NCBI GenBank assembly: GCA_008632985.1
Contig: QPGO01000044.1
Location: 248,001-312,000, forward strand
Origin: Psammoneis japonica
Taxonomy: Eukaryota
DNA: 64,000 nt
Direction of reading: 5' to 3'
A model generated the notes under the pieces. The model saw only the letters and a program-made list of their open reading frames with translations, ran no database searches and was not told the DNA's origin. Positions 48,781 to 60,492 of the stretch are shown here, one piece after another. Positions within the stretch are counted from its first letter, which is position 1. Every line of letters starts with the position of its first letter. Made by a program: the position numbers and the translations under genes.

Positions 48781-49056
48781 TGACAGAAATTGAAGGCAAA
48801 TGGCAAGAATTCAAACAACAACTCCTTGCTGCTGTCTAAACAGCAGATGAGTCTCCGCTCAGAGACCGTTGCAGGAGCCGAAAGACGTGCAAGTCGGTGC
48901 AATCGGGCTGCTGTTGTCATTCTTGTGAGCCTTGTGGCTCGAAAGCAAACCACATCGCGCGCGAACGCGCGGAACTGAAGCACACAAAACTGTGCACGGT
49001 AAACTAAACAGCGCGCGACATTTCGCGCGCACCTGAATCCTGTTCAAATCCTGTCA
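48781..49056 (-). repeat. 5' LTR of the Copia element (276 bp)
   Basis: Direct repeat of 44095-44366. Confidence 0.96.
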
Positions 49057-50066
49057 GGACCTTGCACTGCTGAACTGTGACATCGACAGTTTTTTGAATT
49101 GAGTTGTGTGTCGCGCACGCACATTTCTACGTGATTTTGGCAAAATTTTGCATCATTTTACAGTGCAATTGTCGGGCGATCCACTCAACAACTTTTAATG
49201 TTTTTTTCTTCTGCGCCATTCTCGAGTGTCTCAAGAATGGCACAGGGCAGGCACGTTGTCCAAAACTTTGAGTGCAAACAGAGACACATGTGCCACAAAC
49301 TTGGCCATGTGTTTTGTGTTGAAGACAAATGTGTCCATTGACCAGAGTGCGAACTGCAGAGCTCGCACGTGGAATTCCACGGGGCAAATGTCACAAAAAG
49401 TCCCACCTGGGGCTGGAACCCGTCTGGCCACAAAAAGAGCTCGAATTTCAATTGCGACGTGTTCCAGCCGCACGTGAACCAAATCGTGCACTAAAACGAC
49501 ATTTGCGCGATTTTTGCGCGGTCCCTAACTTACGATCGAACTTTCACCACCAAAAGTATAGATTTATACAAATATAAATGTTCTGCAACACTAACAAGAC
49601 TCGTGTGAGTATTGCAATATCATTGTTATTGTGCTGTCTATGTTTTTCATTGCGTTAAAAGATTCGTAACACACGGATGATTTTCGGCGAAAATATTGCC
49701 GTTATTTGGATGTTAACTAAATATATCTTTCTACGATGCTACTTGGTAGGTTTTCTACCTACAAAAAAATCTCAGTATAAATCTACTGACGTACAATCAG
49801 TATTGAGTCTACTGAGGAAGTTTATGATACATATCCCATGAGGATTTGAATACCCCTCAAAAAACTATATAAATGTCCATACTCTAGAAGCTTATAAAAG
49901 TCAATCCGTCTAAGTATTTTTATTTTAAAATGCTATATACACTAAAATATACATAAATTACATTCAAAATCCGATTGTCGTTTTGTGCGTCACCTGGGAC
50001 TGGAACACGTCTTGCAATCAATTGCAACAGTTGATTGTGATTGCGACCTTGGCTCTTTCCCGACAA

Positions 50067-52375
50067 TCAGGTCATGACGGGTTCCAGTCCTGGGCGGGAC
50101 TTTTTGTGACATTGGGCTCGTAGAATTCTGCGTGTGAGCTCCGCAGCAAAATTGTCAAGCAATGGACATGTGGATGATCGCCAACAGAAAAAGAGGCAAT
50201 TTTGCGAACGCATCTCCTCCTCCACACTTGAAGCACACATCAAAGAATGCAGCCAGTGCATTTTTGTTGTCATGAGTGCAGACAACAGAAAGCCTTTGGC
50301 TTCGCAAAACAGGCAGTGTGGAACAAATTTTTGTGACAGAACACACAGAAATGTGTGCCAAAACATGCGACAGATGACAAAAAATGATTGTGTCACAGTT
50401 CAGTGGTGCAAGGTCCCACCCAGAGCTGGAACGCGTCTCATTGCAATCAAGTTTGCAACAGCGATTGCAGTCAAAGTGAGGCTGATTGCAGCCGATCCCA
50501 GCAATTGGCCAACACTGCGGGGCGCTGTTTTGCCAACAGCCACTCTGTTTTGGCAATGGTGGATGTTCAGCTGTGTGCAATCTGGGAACAATTTGAGAAG
50601 CGCTTCGCGACAACCCTGTTCAGACCGTCAAACAGAAATTTTTTTGTTCAGATTCTAAAATGTGTTTCGGGGTGTTTCTCACTTTTTTGAATTTGGGTGT
50701 GTGTCTTTGCAAGACCTTGGAAATGTCAATGACATGCAAAACCCTGAGAGACCAACATGAATTCATCTTTCATGTGGACCACATGCATTGTGCACCGGCA
50801 GAAAATCCACCGCATGTCAGCTCACTCAGCAGCAATTCCATGTGTGTTTTACTTGCATCTCACACACGCACACACGCCTGCACAGTCCAATGACCACGCA
50901 CACGTGCATGAGATGATGTGTCAATGGGAATCATCCGGGTCCTGAGAGTCATCACGTAGAAATTGTGTGGGAGAGCACTAAAAATGATTGTTGTCAGTCT
51001 GTCCATCTGTCCATGTGCGAATGTCAACTTGTCGGGAAATCAACTGAAATGCTGTCTGATTGACAGCATTTTGATTCACACAGTGAAGGCCAATGCTGTC
51101 AGTCAGACGGCATTTCAATTCAGTTCCCGAAAAGTTGTTAGCTCCAATCACTCTCTCGCATGACATTGTGTGCATTTCCACACGATTTTGTGTTTTTCCT
51201 TGTGCAAAAGATCAATTGTGACCCACGCGACATTTTCAAATGATTCCCATTGACTCGAATCACATTTTGTTGAAACGCCACCTTTGCTCAAACACGTCAT
51301 GTTTGAGAAAACGGGCTCAATGTTTGAGGAATTGCTCGAACTTTGCGCAACTTTGAGCACTTGCTCAAACTTGCTGCTCAAACTTGGCAAGTTTGAGCAA
51401 ACACTCAAACTTGCACAAAGCTTGAGCAAATGCTCAAACATGTGAAATTGATGCCACCGGTGCTGCACCAGTGTGAAACCGCTGTGCAGCACTGGCCTGC
51501 CACACCGCACATGCTGTGCGCACTGCGACTGCTGCTTTCACTGCATGCAGGTGTCAGCACAAATCAAGTGCAATGGAAATGAGGTGTCAGCCGTCAGTGA
51601 CAAACAACAAAATCACAACCATCACACCATGGTGACACAAAAGATGATTTTTCTCTACGACAACACCTTCAAGAAACCCAACATTCCATTGAAAGACATG
51701 TGATGCAAACTCATGCACGAAAATGTTGAAAGTTCCAGCAGAACAGGCTTGTTGAGGGGGCTGCGGGGACCAACAAGGAACAGTGTCACGCAACAACATT
51801 TTGTCTTTTGTTTCAATCAAAAACATTTTTCAAAGCATGCCTTGGCATTGACATGTGCTAAAATGTCAACATTCACTGCAAATTGCCAAAGCGCCTTCGA
51901 TCGCTCCAAAGAGGAAATTTTCCATTCATTGCCAGTTTGTGCCAGGCTGCATGGAAAAGTGCAGCCGACATGCTCCAGCTCCAGGTGGGACCTTGCACCA
52001 CTGAGCTGTGACACAATTGCTTTTTGTCATCCGTTGCATGTTTCGCGTGCACATTTCTGCTTGTTTTGTTGTGAAAAATTGTTCCACACTGCCTGCTTTT
52101 GTGAAGCCAAAGGCTTTCTGTCATCTGCGTTCTGCATTTGTGACAACAAAAATGCACTGGGTGTGTTCTTCAACGACTGAAAAGAACATGCCCGGACATG
52201 CTGTGAAGAATGTGCTTCAAGTGTGGAGGAGGAGATGCATTCGCAAAATTGCCTCTTTTTCTGTTGGTGATCATTGATGTGTTCATTGCTTTGTGATTTT
52301 ACTGCGGAGCTCGCTCGCAGAATTCTGCGGGCCCAATGTCACAAAAAGTCCCGCCTGGGACCACAACCTGTCAGC
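50067..52375. mobile_element. Non-autonomous element with ~400-bp inverted terminal repeats; a third copy of the same repeat (44065-44094 + 49057-49430) is the Copia target
   Basis: 50067-50450 is the reverse complement of about 51960-52375 (gggcgggactttttgtgacattgggc vs gcccaatgtcacaaaaagtcccgcc). Confidence 0.75.
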
Positions 52376-52399
52376 CATCACATTTTCTCCCTCCAACAA

Positions 52400-55300
52400 T
52401 CAACTGCATGCACAAACAAACAAGGAGCAAAGTGCAATGACAGGCAATGGCAATGCAACGATGTCATCATGATGCAAGCAGGGAGGAGACGCAAGCGTCC
52501 AGTGGCAAGAACAGCGGTGCGAGCAACCCAACATCCAACATTTGGGCAAGGCCATGCTTGCGGCCATGGCTTTTGCATTGCGGCCGTGGCCGCCATGGAC
52601 TCGGGGCAGAATCAGCCCTTGTCATTTGGTGGCCACAGCAAAGGTGAGAGCATCCAAGCAATGGGACAATTTTTGGTTGAATGCATCAACGACGAGAGCT
52701 TGGCCATCTTCGTTGATTCGAACGACAAGGAAATTGTCGTGCAAAAGTGCTCTGAGGGTGTGATGATGCGTTCATGCTCACGCTCTGTTGCCGCTGTTTC
52801 CAATTTTCTGTTGGAGTGGAGTGCACAAGAAACCAAAGTCAGTTTTTTTTCTGCTCTAGATCTCTGTCAGTGCTGCACTCTCTGCCAGCAGCAGCAATTG
52901 TGGTCAAGCAATTCAGCCCACTTGTCAGTTTGTTCTGCTCCAGATGTGTCAGCACTGCACTCTCTGTCAGCAATTGCAGTCAAGCAACCACACTTTGAGC
53001 CACAGCACTCAGTGTCTCTAAAGCAATGTGATCCACCCCCTTGCAGATCATGCCCAGAAACAGTTCACTCAACAACAGACCCATCCGAAGTTGCACCAGG
53101 ATTCATCCGCAGAGCACTGGAAATCAGGATCTCAGATTTTACCGGGTCGTCAAGAAGCACAGATGGATGATGCCCGGCTCTCACTTCATTGGCTTCACTG
53201 ACATCGGCAAATGGGTGAGCATTGGTGTCAACCACTCCAAGCATTTCTCCAGCTCCAATCACCCAGAGACCTGTCAATGAGGCACTCATGCATTTTCATC
53301 TCTGGGCTTCTGTGAGGGCGAGAAGGGGTGACCAGATCCAGCGGGTCTTGGCTTGAACCACCAGCAGGAGGACAATGGAGAAAGCTGCCCTCATGAGGAC
53401 ATGGATGAATGGCCTGCCACAGTTCCTCAGATTTGGATGGTCCACGGGCTGCAGCAGGAAATGATGCACCAGCTGTGGCACCTCTGTGATCAGTTGCAAC
53501 CTGCTGGACGGTGGGCGGAACAGCGTTGGCAGCCCCACCACCCCGTTGTGGTGCAGCCACCCCATCAAAGGGGTTCACCACATTGCTGGGTCCAATCTCA
53601 AATGACGCTTGAGGCAATCCAAACTTGTCCTGCTTGTGACACCCAAACTGGGATTCGCGCCATTGATGGCATTCATGTGACCAAGCATGCGTGCCATCTT
53701 GGTCGCCAGCACAGAGAATGGCTTTCAACAAGACACAACAAAAGACATGAGTTAAGAGAAGCAGAAAAGAGCACTGCAAAAGCACAACACTGCGTGTGAT
53801 TGCTTGCTTTTGTTGCTGCATCGCATCCACAGTGGCAAACTGGACAGAGGCAGTCTCCATTCTCGTCCAAGCCGTGACGTTCTCCAGTGGCATCATCAAT
53901 GCATTTGAGCAGGCATTCTGCAACAGGAACTTCTCCAGTGATCAATGGCCATTTCCATTTGGCTCATCAACAGTGGAATGGCCACAGTGGTGACAATTGC
54001 GGTTCACCTCGTCCTCCGGTGTCGATCCTTCAAACAGAAGCTCTTTGGCCATCAGAGACACCACCTTGGCCTGTTCTTCATGCAATGCTGTGTGGTGAGC
54101 TGCAGTTTTCTTTGATGACACAAGATCCTTCACTTCAGCAGTGGCCTTTGTCACTGGGTGTGCATGCCCGGGCATGAGTGGTGCGCAGCTCTTTCTTCCA
54201 CACGCAATCAAGTTGGCACACCATTCAATTCCAGCAACATGCTGTTGCAGTGGGAACAGCTCCAAAGATGGTCTTGTTTAGAGATGCAACAAACAAAGGA
54301 GTGCATTTCCAGTGTGCTTCAATGATGGGAGCATTCTCCATGCCAATCCTCTTCTCGACTTCCGCTTTGTTTGCAATGAAAATCACGGTGAGCTTCTTCT
54401 TTTCTGCCACCATGCCACAGCTCGGTTTCCTCAGCTCGTCAAGCATTTTGTTCTTGGAAGGTCCTTCCACATCACAATGCTTGACATCACATCATGTTTC
54501 GGTGTTTGACTCGCATGCATGGACGCAGTTGTGCATGGCGTTTGTGGCCATGGTCGATCTGCTGTTGCGGCATGTTTTGTTTTGCCCAAGTTTTGCCAGT
54601 CAAGCAGCGCGCAGGAAGATTGTGTGTCTTTCTACGTGGCCTGGTGCAAACAAGCTGATGAAAGGAAATTTTCCTCTTCAGGGCAATCAAAGACACTTTG
54701 CGCACGAAAAGTGACAAGTGTTTGGCAATTTGCAGTGTTGTTCCAAGTCAAAAACATGTCAAATGGATCATCAGCAAGTGCCGGCATTAGACCATCTTCA
54801 TGTTGTCGTCACAGCCCCGTGCGTCATCGTGCCAACATGGATTTTTTGTTTTTTGCACATGTTTGAGCAATTGCTCAAACTTTCATGACCGTTGAATGTT
54901 GCTCAGTGTGGCATCCATTGTGATTGCGCGCACGTGCGTTTGAGCAGTTTTCCCACATGGTGCTGGTGGGTTCTTGTGTCGACCATCAACGCACGCATGA
55001 GCATGAATCATCATCTGCTCTGCCGCTCTTGTTTGACCAGCTGGTTGGTTGTTGACCCCAACCACCACCAGTGGAACAAGATGAGACCAATGTCAGAGAT
55101 CTTCATTTCAAGAACAGCACATCACATTGTTCAAAAACTTTCATTGTGCAAATGCCACATTTTGGGCATGTCCAAGGAACAAAACCAGCACAAACTCGAG
55201 CATGCTTCTTGCATGTGTGCGCTCAACACACCCTGCCCAGAAAATGTCAGGGAGTCGTCTCTCCCATCTGTTGTGCCACTCATCACATCAATTGTGGAAA

Positions 55301-56425
55301 CCCAGTGTGCTGCCACTCCCTCCAAAAGTTTGCACCTTGTGTCTTGTGCTGCTCTGATTTTTTTCAAACAACTGCTGTTGACACCATTTTGAGATTGTTT
55401 GAGTCATGCTTTGTCAGACCCACATGATGTGCTGCAAGCAACCTCAGCTCTCTGCTCAACTGCCACAAAACTTCTGTGCACAGCCAATGATGTGTTCAAT
55501 CTTGCAGACCAGGATCTGCTTGAGGTGGGATTGTCAAGTGCCAGCCGTCATGCAAGTGCCAGCTCTCTCATGCTGTCAAGCTGGCTCATGACCACACCAC
55601 TTCCTTCTGCTTGTCAAACAAGATTGTTTTCCACTGTGGCTGACTGAACTTGACCTTGTTGCTGTCTTCATCACAAGTGTCTCTTGACAAAAATGCCAGC
55701 CATGATGTGCTCCTTTGTCATGCTCACAAAAGAGTGCCACCCTGTGCAACAGAAGCTTTTGCAAGGCTGTCAAAAGTTGCACACAACAATCTTGACACCA
55801 CATGGCACAACTCTGCTGCAAGATCTTGTGGCATTGCAGCAGCAGCAGTTTTGCAATGAACTGCTTCATCCAACTGAGTGTTGCTCCTGCTTCACTCTCA
55901 AGCTGTTTTCACTTTCAAGAAGAAATCAGTGGAGCAGCCAACATCTTTTCTGTGCAGTCATTTCTCTTCTGGCATTTGAACATGCAAGTGCACTTGCACT
56001 TTTGTGCAATTCAGGGCTGCTGTGGAACCTGCTCAGCAGCAAAAGAAAAAAAAGGCGTGCGGCCGTGGGGGCTTCTTTTGTTGAGACACAAATGGGTTTT
56101 GCATCAGCAGCAGGGGGGCTGTGTGGGATGTGAGCACAGTGCTGTGCAATGCATGGTCATGGGTGGGCCCAGTTGTTGTTGTGAGAAATAATCCCATCAC
56201 CATGACATGGAAGCACGCTGAAATTTGAGAGACATTTGCAACAGAAAAAAGACACTGGAAACAAAAAGGACGGAGCGTTCTTGGATCTGGTGGAAGATCA
56301 ACACAAGTGACAAAAGAAAAAACTTGGAAGACTGCTCAAAATGCAAAAGGATGCTAGAGACAAAAAAGAAGAACATCCAGCAGTTAAATGAAGCCACAAA
56401 GGAATCAACAATTTTCTGCTGTGCA
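52400..56425. other. Unidentified TpA-depleted block, probably decayed mobile or viral-like coding DNA
   Basis: Same dinucleotide signature as the identified TEs; protein-like fragments but no motif I can assign. Confidence 0.4.
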
Positions 56426-56461
56426 AGTAGAGCCCTCGCATTATTATTGTTGTTGTTTTTA

Positions 56462-57293
56462 CTACAACGTTTCTGCTGCTGTTTGTTGATTCATTGGATT
56501 TTCGGGACTCTTTTTCCACATTTGAAAAATCTTCTCCTTGTATTGTGTCAATCTCAATCCGGGATATTGTTCCTTGACGATTGGCATCATTTTTTCCTCA
56601 TATTGCCGATGCAAGGCCTTGACTCGTTTTTCCGGGTGAGCATCCGCAGAAGATGATGATATAGTCAAGGAATCGAGTGCCGCATCAATTCCACCACCCA
56701 TTCCCAATTCAGCCGCAGCCTTGTTGGCGTCTCGACCTACAGTAGTAGAGTTTCCAATCATGCTGTCGGTATTGGCCAAGAGGGGGTCTTGTGGTTGTTG
56801 TTCTTGAGTCTTACTTTTGGAAGCTTGTTGTTGTTTGAGTCGTTCCTTTTTTGCCTTACTTTTCTTATCGGCAGCCGATACCAAGGCATCTTCGAGCAGG
56901 GATAAATCATTTTGTTTCTTCTTTTTCTTGGTTACCTTGGAAGCTTTCGGTTTACTGGTTCCACCCGTCTCGGCTTCTTCGGCGGCAAGCAGTGCGGCCT
57001 TTTCTTGTCGTTTTCGAGCAGCCTCATCTGCCTTGGAAGCTGTAAACAACAACAACAAAACAAATTCTGTCAGAACACAAGAAAAGTTGTGCATGCTTGC
57101 CGATAACACGTCTTTTTTTTCCCTCACCCTTTTCTTGTGCTCGTGCGGCACCCCGTGTGTTGGAACCCTTTTGCCATTCCTTGGCTTCCAATTCTTCACG
57201 TTGACGATCTTGTTCGGCTTGTTTTTTTGCCTTTTGTTCTGCCTTGCGTTCACGGCCTGCTTGTGCCTTGGAATTCGTTGTTCGTGGTGGCAT
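56462..57293 (-). CDS. CCDC124: CCDC124/Lso2-Oxs1-like coiled-coil protein; intron 57127-57040
   Basis: MPP...NSKAQAGRERKAE...EWQKG; HPEKRVKA...YPGLRLTQYKEKIFQMWKKSPENPMNQ. Confidence 0.9.
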
Positions 57294-57605
57294 GATGGTG
57301 TAATTGTTATTGTTGTTTGTTGTATTGTACTGTTACTGCTGTTGTCGTTGTAGTTGTTTACTGTAATGTTGAATGTGATTGGAGTTGTTTTTCAAGTCGA
57401 TAAGGCTGTGTCATCGTCGCTTCGTTTTGCTCATCGGCTCGTGTTTTTCTTTGCGCGGAAAACCCGACAATGGACAGACTATGGCGTCACCGTACCACGT
57501 TTTCTACACAGAATAGTAGTACGTACAATATCTACTGCATTCTACACGAGATCCACAAACATCATGCGAGCTCCATCCAATCATTTTTTTTCTCGAGCAT
57601 TAACC

Positions 57606-58801
57606 ATGAGCGGTCGTTTTGGTGGTGGCCGTTCTCCAGGCCGTGGCCGAGGTCGTGGTTCACCGGGTGGTAGAGGATTTGGTGGTGGTGGTGGTGGACG
57701 AGGTGGTGGTGGTCGTGGTGGAAGGTGTGTACTGATGTAATTGTGAATGATTTGTTGTAGTTGACGTACAGACGACTAAACAACGTGAATTTGCAATTAA
57801 TTCTTTTGTTGGTTTCTGTAATAACAGAGGAGGAAGAGGAGGCCGCGGTGGCGGTGGTCGAGGTGGTGGAAGAGGCCGTGGTGGTGGTGGTGGTCGAGGT
57901 GGAAGAGGAGGAAGAGGTGGTGGCATGAAGGGCGGTTCCAAAGTCGTGGTGGAACCTCATCGTCATGAGGGAATCTTTGTCGCTCGAGGCAAGGAGGATG
58001 CACTCGTGACGCTCAATTCGACACCGGGCGTAGCCGTCTATGGTGAAAAACGAATCAGTGTCGATGGACCACCTGCCGCAGATGGAACTACCAACAAGGT
58101 AGAATATCGTGTATGGAATCCCTTTCGATCCAAGCGTAAGTTTTGCGAGAGAAACAGAAAAGAGTTTTTTGAAGTTCAGTATGTGATCTCACCCTCTCAA
58201 TTCCTATATTCACAACACACAGTCGCCGCCGCCGTCTTGGGCGGCGTCGATCACATTTGGATCGAACCCGGTCCAAGTTTTGTACATTGGCGCCGCGGCC
58301 GGCACGTCCGTTTCACACGTGTCGGACATTGTCGGTCCCAAGGGTGCCGTTTATGCCGTGGAATTTTCGCACCGCCCCGGTCGTGATTTGATCAATGTTG
58401 CCAAATCCCGTACCAATGTCATTCCCATTATCGAAGACGCCCGTCATCCACTCAAATACCGCATGCTATTGGGTATGGTGGATGTCGTCTTTGCCGATGT
58501 CGCCCAGCCCGATCAAGCGCGGATTGTTGCATTGAATAGTCATTACTTTTTGAAGAATGGTGGACACGCTGTGATTGCCATCAAGGCGAGCTGTATTGAT
58601 TCCACGGCGGCACCCGAAGCCGTCTTTCGACGAGAAGTGACCAAGTTGCAATCGGAAAATTTCAAACCACTGGAACAATTGACATTGGAACCGTACGAAC
58701 GAGATCATGCTGTTGTTATTGCCGAATACAGACCATCGAAAAGAAAAAGAAGAGTCAGTAATAGTGTAGTGAGGGGTTATTGGTATGAGTATAATATATG
58801 A
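57606..58801 (+). CDS. FBL: Fibrillarin (rRNA 2'-O-methyltransferase); two introns; apparent frameshift near 58270
   Basis: RGG domain, [75 protein letters not shown]. Introns about 57725-57826 and 58136-58222. Confidence 0.95.
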
Positions 58802-60492
58802 TGAGTCGTGTGCAGCTTGAGCTTCAATGATAATGAGAAAATTAATGCATGCTTTTTGAAAATTGCGAGAGTTGTTCTTGTTTGTAAGACCTCTCGTTTG
58901 GCCGACAGGTTGCGCTAGATTCTGCGTTGGATTATATCTGTAACGACCATTGTCCCTCCCTGACAAGAGTAATCAGAGAGAGTGGTTGTGTAAAGCTCAA
59001 CATCAAGACGAGAGGAGCCGCCTGTGAAACGTGCTACCTTTTATACTTTATACAGTAGGGCCCTACTCTTGGAAAGCATTCCGACATAACAAAATGATTC
59101 AACTAGTAGGAGTGCCGTCCGGAACCAAAACCATCACTTTCTAGGGCTCTTTACCATGTACTCTAGTATCTTGCAGCAATCTCCTCAAGACGCCTGCTCG
59201 CAACAACACGAGCAGTATTCTTTTAAAGAAGCAGTTGGAGAATCCAATTGACGTTGTTGCAAAGCCCACACGTGGCTCGCTCTGTCCCATGCCCATCACC
59301 GAGCACGTCAGCAGAATAACGTTTTTAATTTGTTTGATTGATAGCGAGATGAAAACGTCAAGAGCCAAGTTGCTTTTCGCTCCACTGGCTATGGTGATCA
59401 GAGCTATTCGTCGCATAACCTGATATTTTGACAACTTGGATCAATCAATAGAGAGGCGGTTGTTGCGGCAAGTTTGAAATGGTTTTCGTTCATCCATTGA
59501 CCTGCCTTGGTCGTGTCTTGTTGCCGTGCTGATTCCACAACGTGATTAGTCACGTTTTGTTCATGTACCATTGATCAGTCTCGCAAATCTCAACGTTGTG
59601 GCATATCGACAACGCTTTCTTCATGATATCCACATTATTGTTTTTTAATGATCATGATCATGGTCACCCTCCGGTTGCCCCGTCATGTGTTTCGTTCAAA
59701 TCAATCGCCAAACCAACCCACGCAATCAAAACGACCAACAGAGCCTTGACGGAGCTCCCCGTTGATTCTAGTAGTGATGACCAATACCAAAGCGATAGGG
59801 GAAGCACCAAGGCTGTTGCCAGTACAGCACGGCGAGAGACAATGGATGATGCTGACGCCATGGTTGTGATGGTCGGTGTGAAAAAAAAGTGAAGCGAGCA
59901 AACTGAAAACGTTCCCGCCACAGACGGAATCCGGAATCGTGGCAAAGTCCCATAAATGACGCGTACGTGTTCGGGAATTTCTACTAGCCAGTACGTAGCA
60001 GAAAAGGAACTTGCCCTTAAAGATACAGTGCAACTAATCATACTATTCCTACATGATTCTAACGTAACACCACATCAAAGTGTCAACTACAAGATTCCGT
60101 AACCATCATTATTCAGTTATACAAGTATGAGTACAAATCGAATGTAACGGTTTTGATCGGCACGATACTGTTCACAAAACACGTGTAAGGTAAATGACCA
60201 TGACGACGACAGCGGGAGAGAGTCCTGTCCGTTTTGTTTCGTTGAACGATTGCACCAGAGCAGACAAGGGCTTTGGAGTCGAAGCTGGCTTGCTGCCTGT
60301 TGGTATTCGTTTGCCTATAAAACATGCATGACCGAAACTGTGTTGTAGTAGCCGTTGTTCCCTCTAATGACGACATGATGGAATGCTTTTTTTGAGTTTT
60401 CTGGTGCTGTTGACTCTCACGTTTTTGTTTGCGCTATTGTCTCTTGATTTGATGTACAGCCATCGTTCATTTTACAGGAAAATAATTGAAAA

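Larger units (their letters stand above)
44095..49056 (-). mobile_element. Ty1/Copia (CoDi-type) LTR retrotransposon with intact LTR pair and 5-bp TSD, lacking PBS and most of gag
   Basis: TG...CA LTRs at 44095-44366 and 48781-49056; TSD GGACC at 44090-44094 and 49057-49061; PPT-like ctggggag before the 3' LTR; PR VDRGANGG, IN SEPHQQHQNFAERR, RT KHDGRHKARL, RH MFGDNKSVV. Confidence 0.96.

Noticed and set aside
46381..48983. Long antisense (413 and 386 aa) and alternate-frame (634 aa) ORFs over the Copia pol
   Set aside because: Explained by high GC plus removal of TA-containing stops; no recognisable motifs.
44095..49056. ADAR-type RNA hyper-editing of retroelement RNA
   Set aside because: Both strands are hit about equally, the LTRs differ after insertion, and DNA transposons and satellites are affected too.
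4300..56425. CpG methylation decay as the sole cause of the TG/CA excess
   Set aside because: It contributes in old blocks, but cannot turn Tyr into Cys/His or TA into TG/CA, and the Copia keeps most CpG.
59664..59862. Small hydrophobic ORF on the minus strand (MASASSIVSRR...)
   Set aside because: Plausible but short, with no family motif; not enough support to call.
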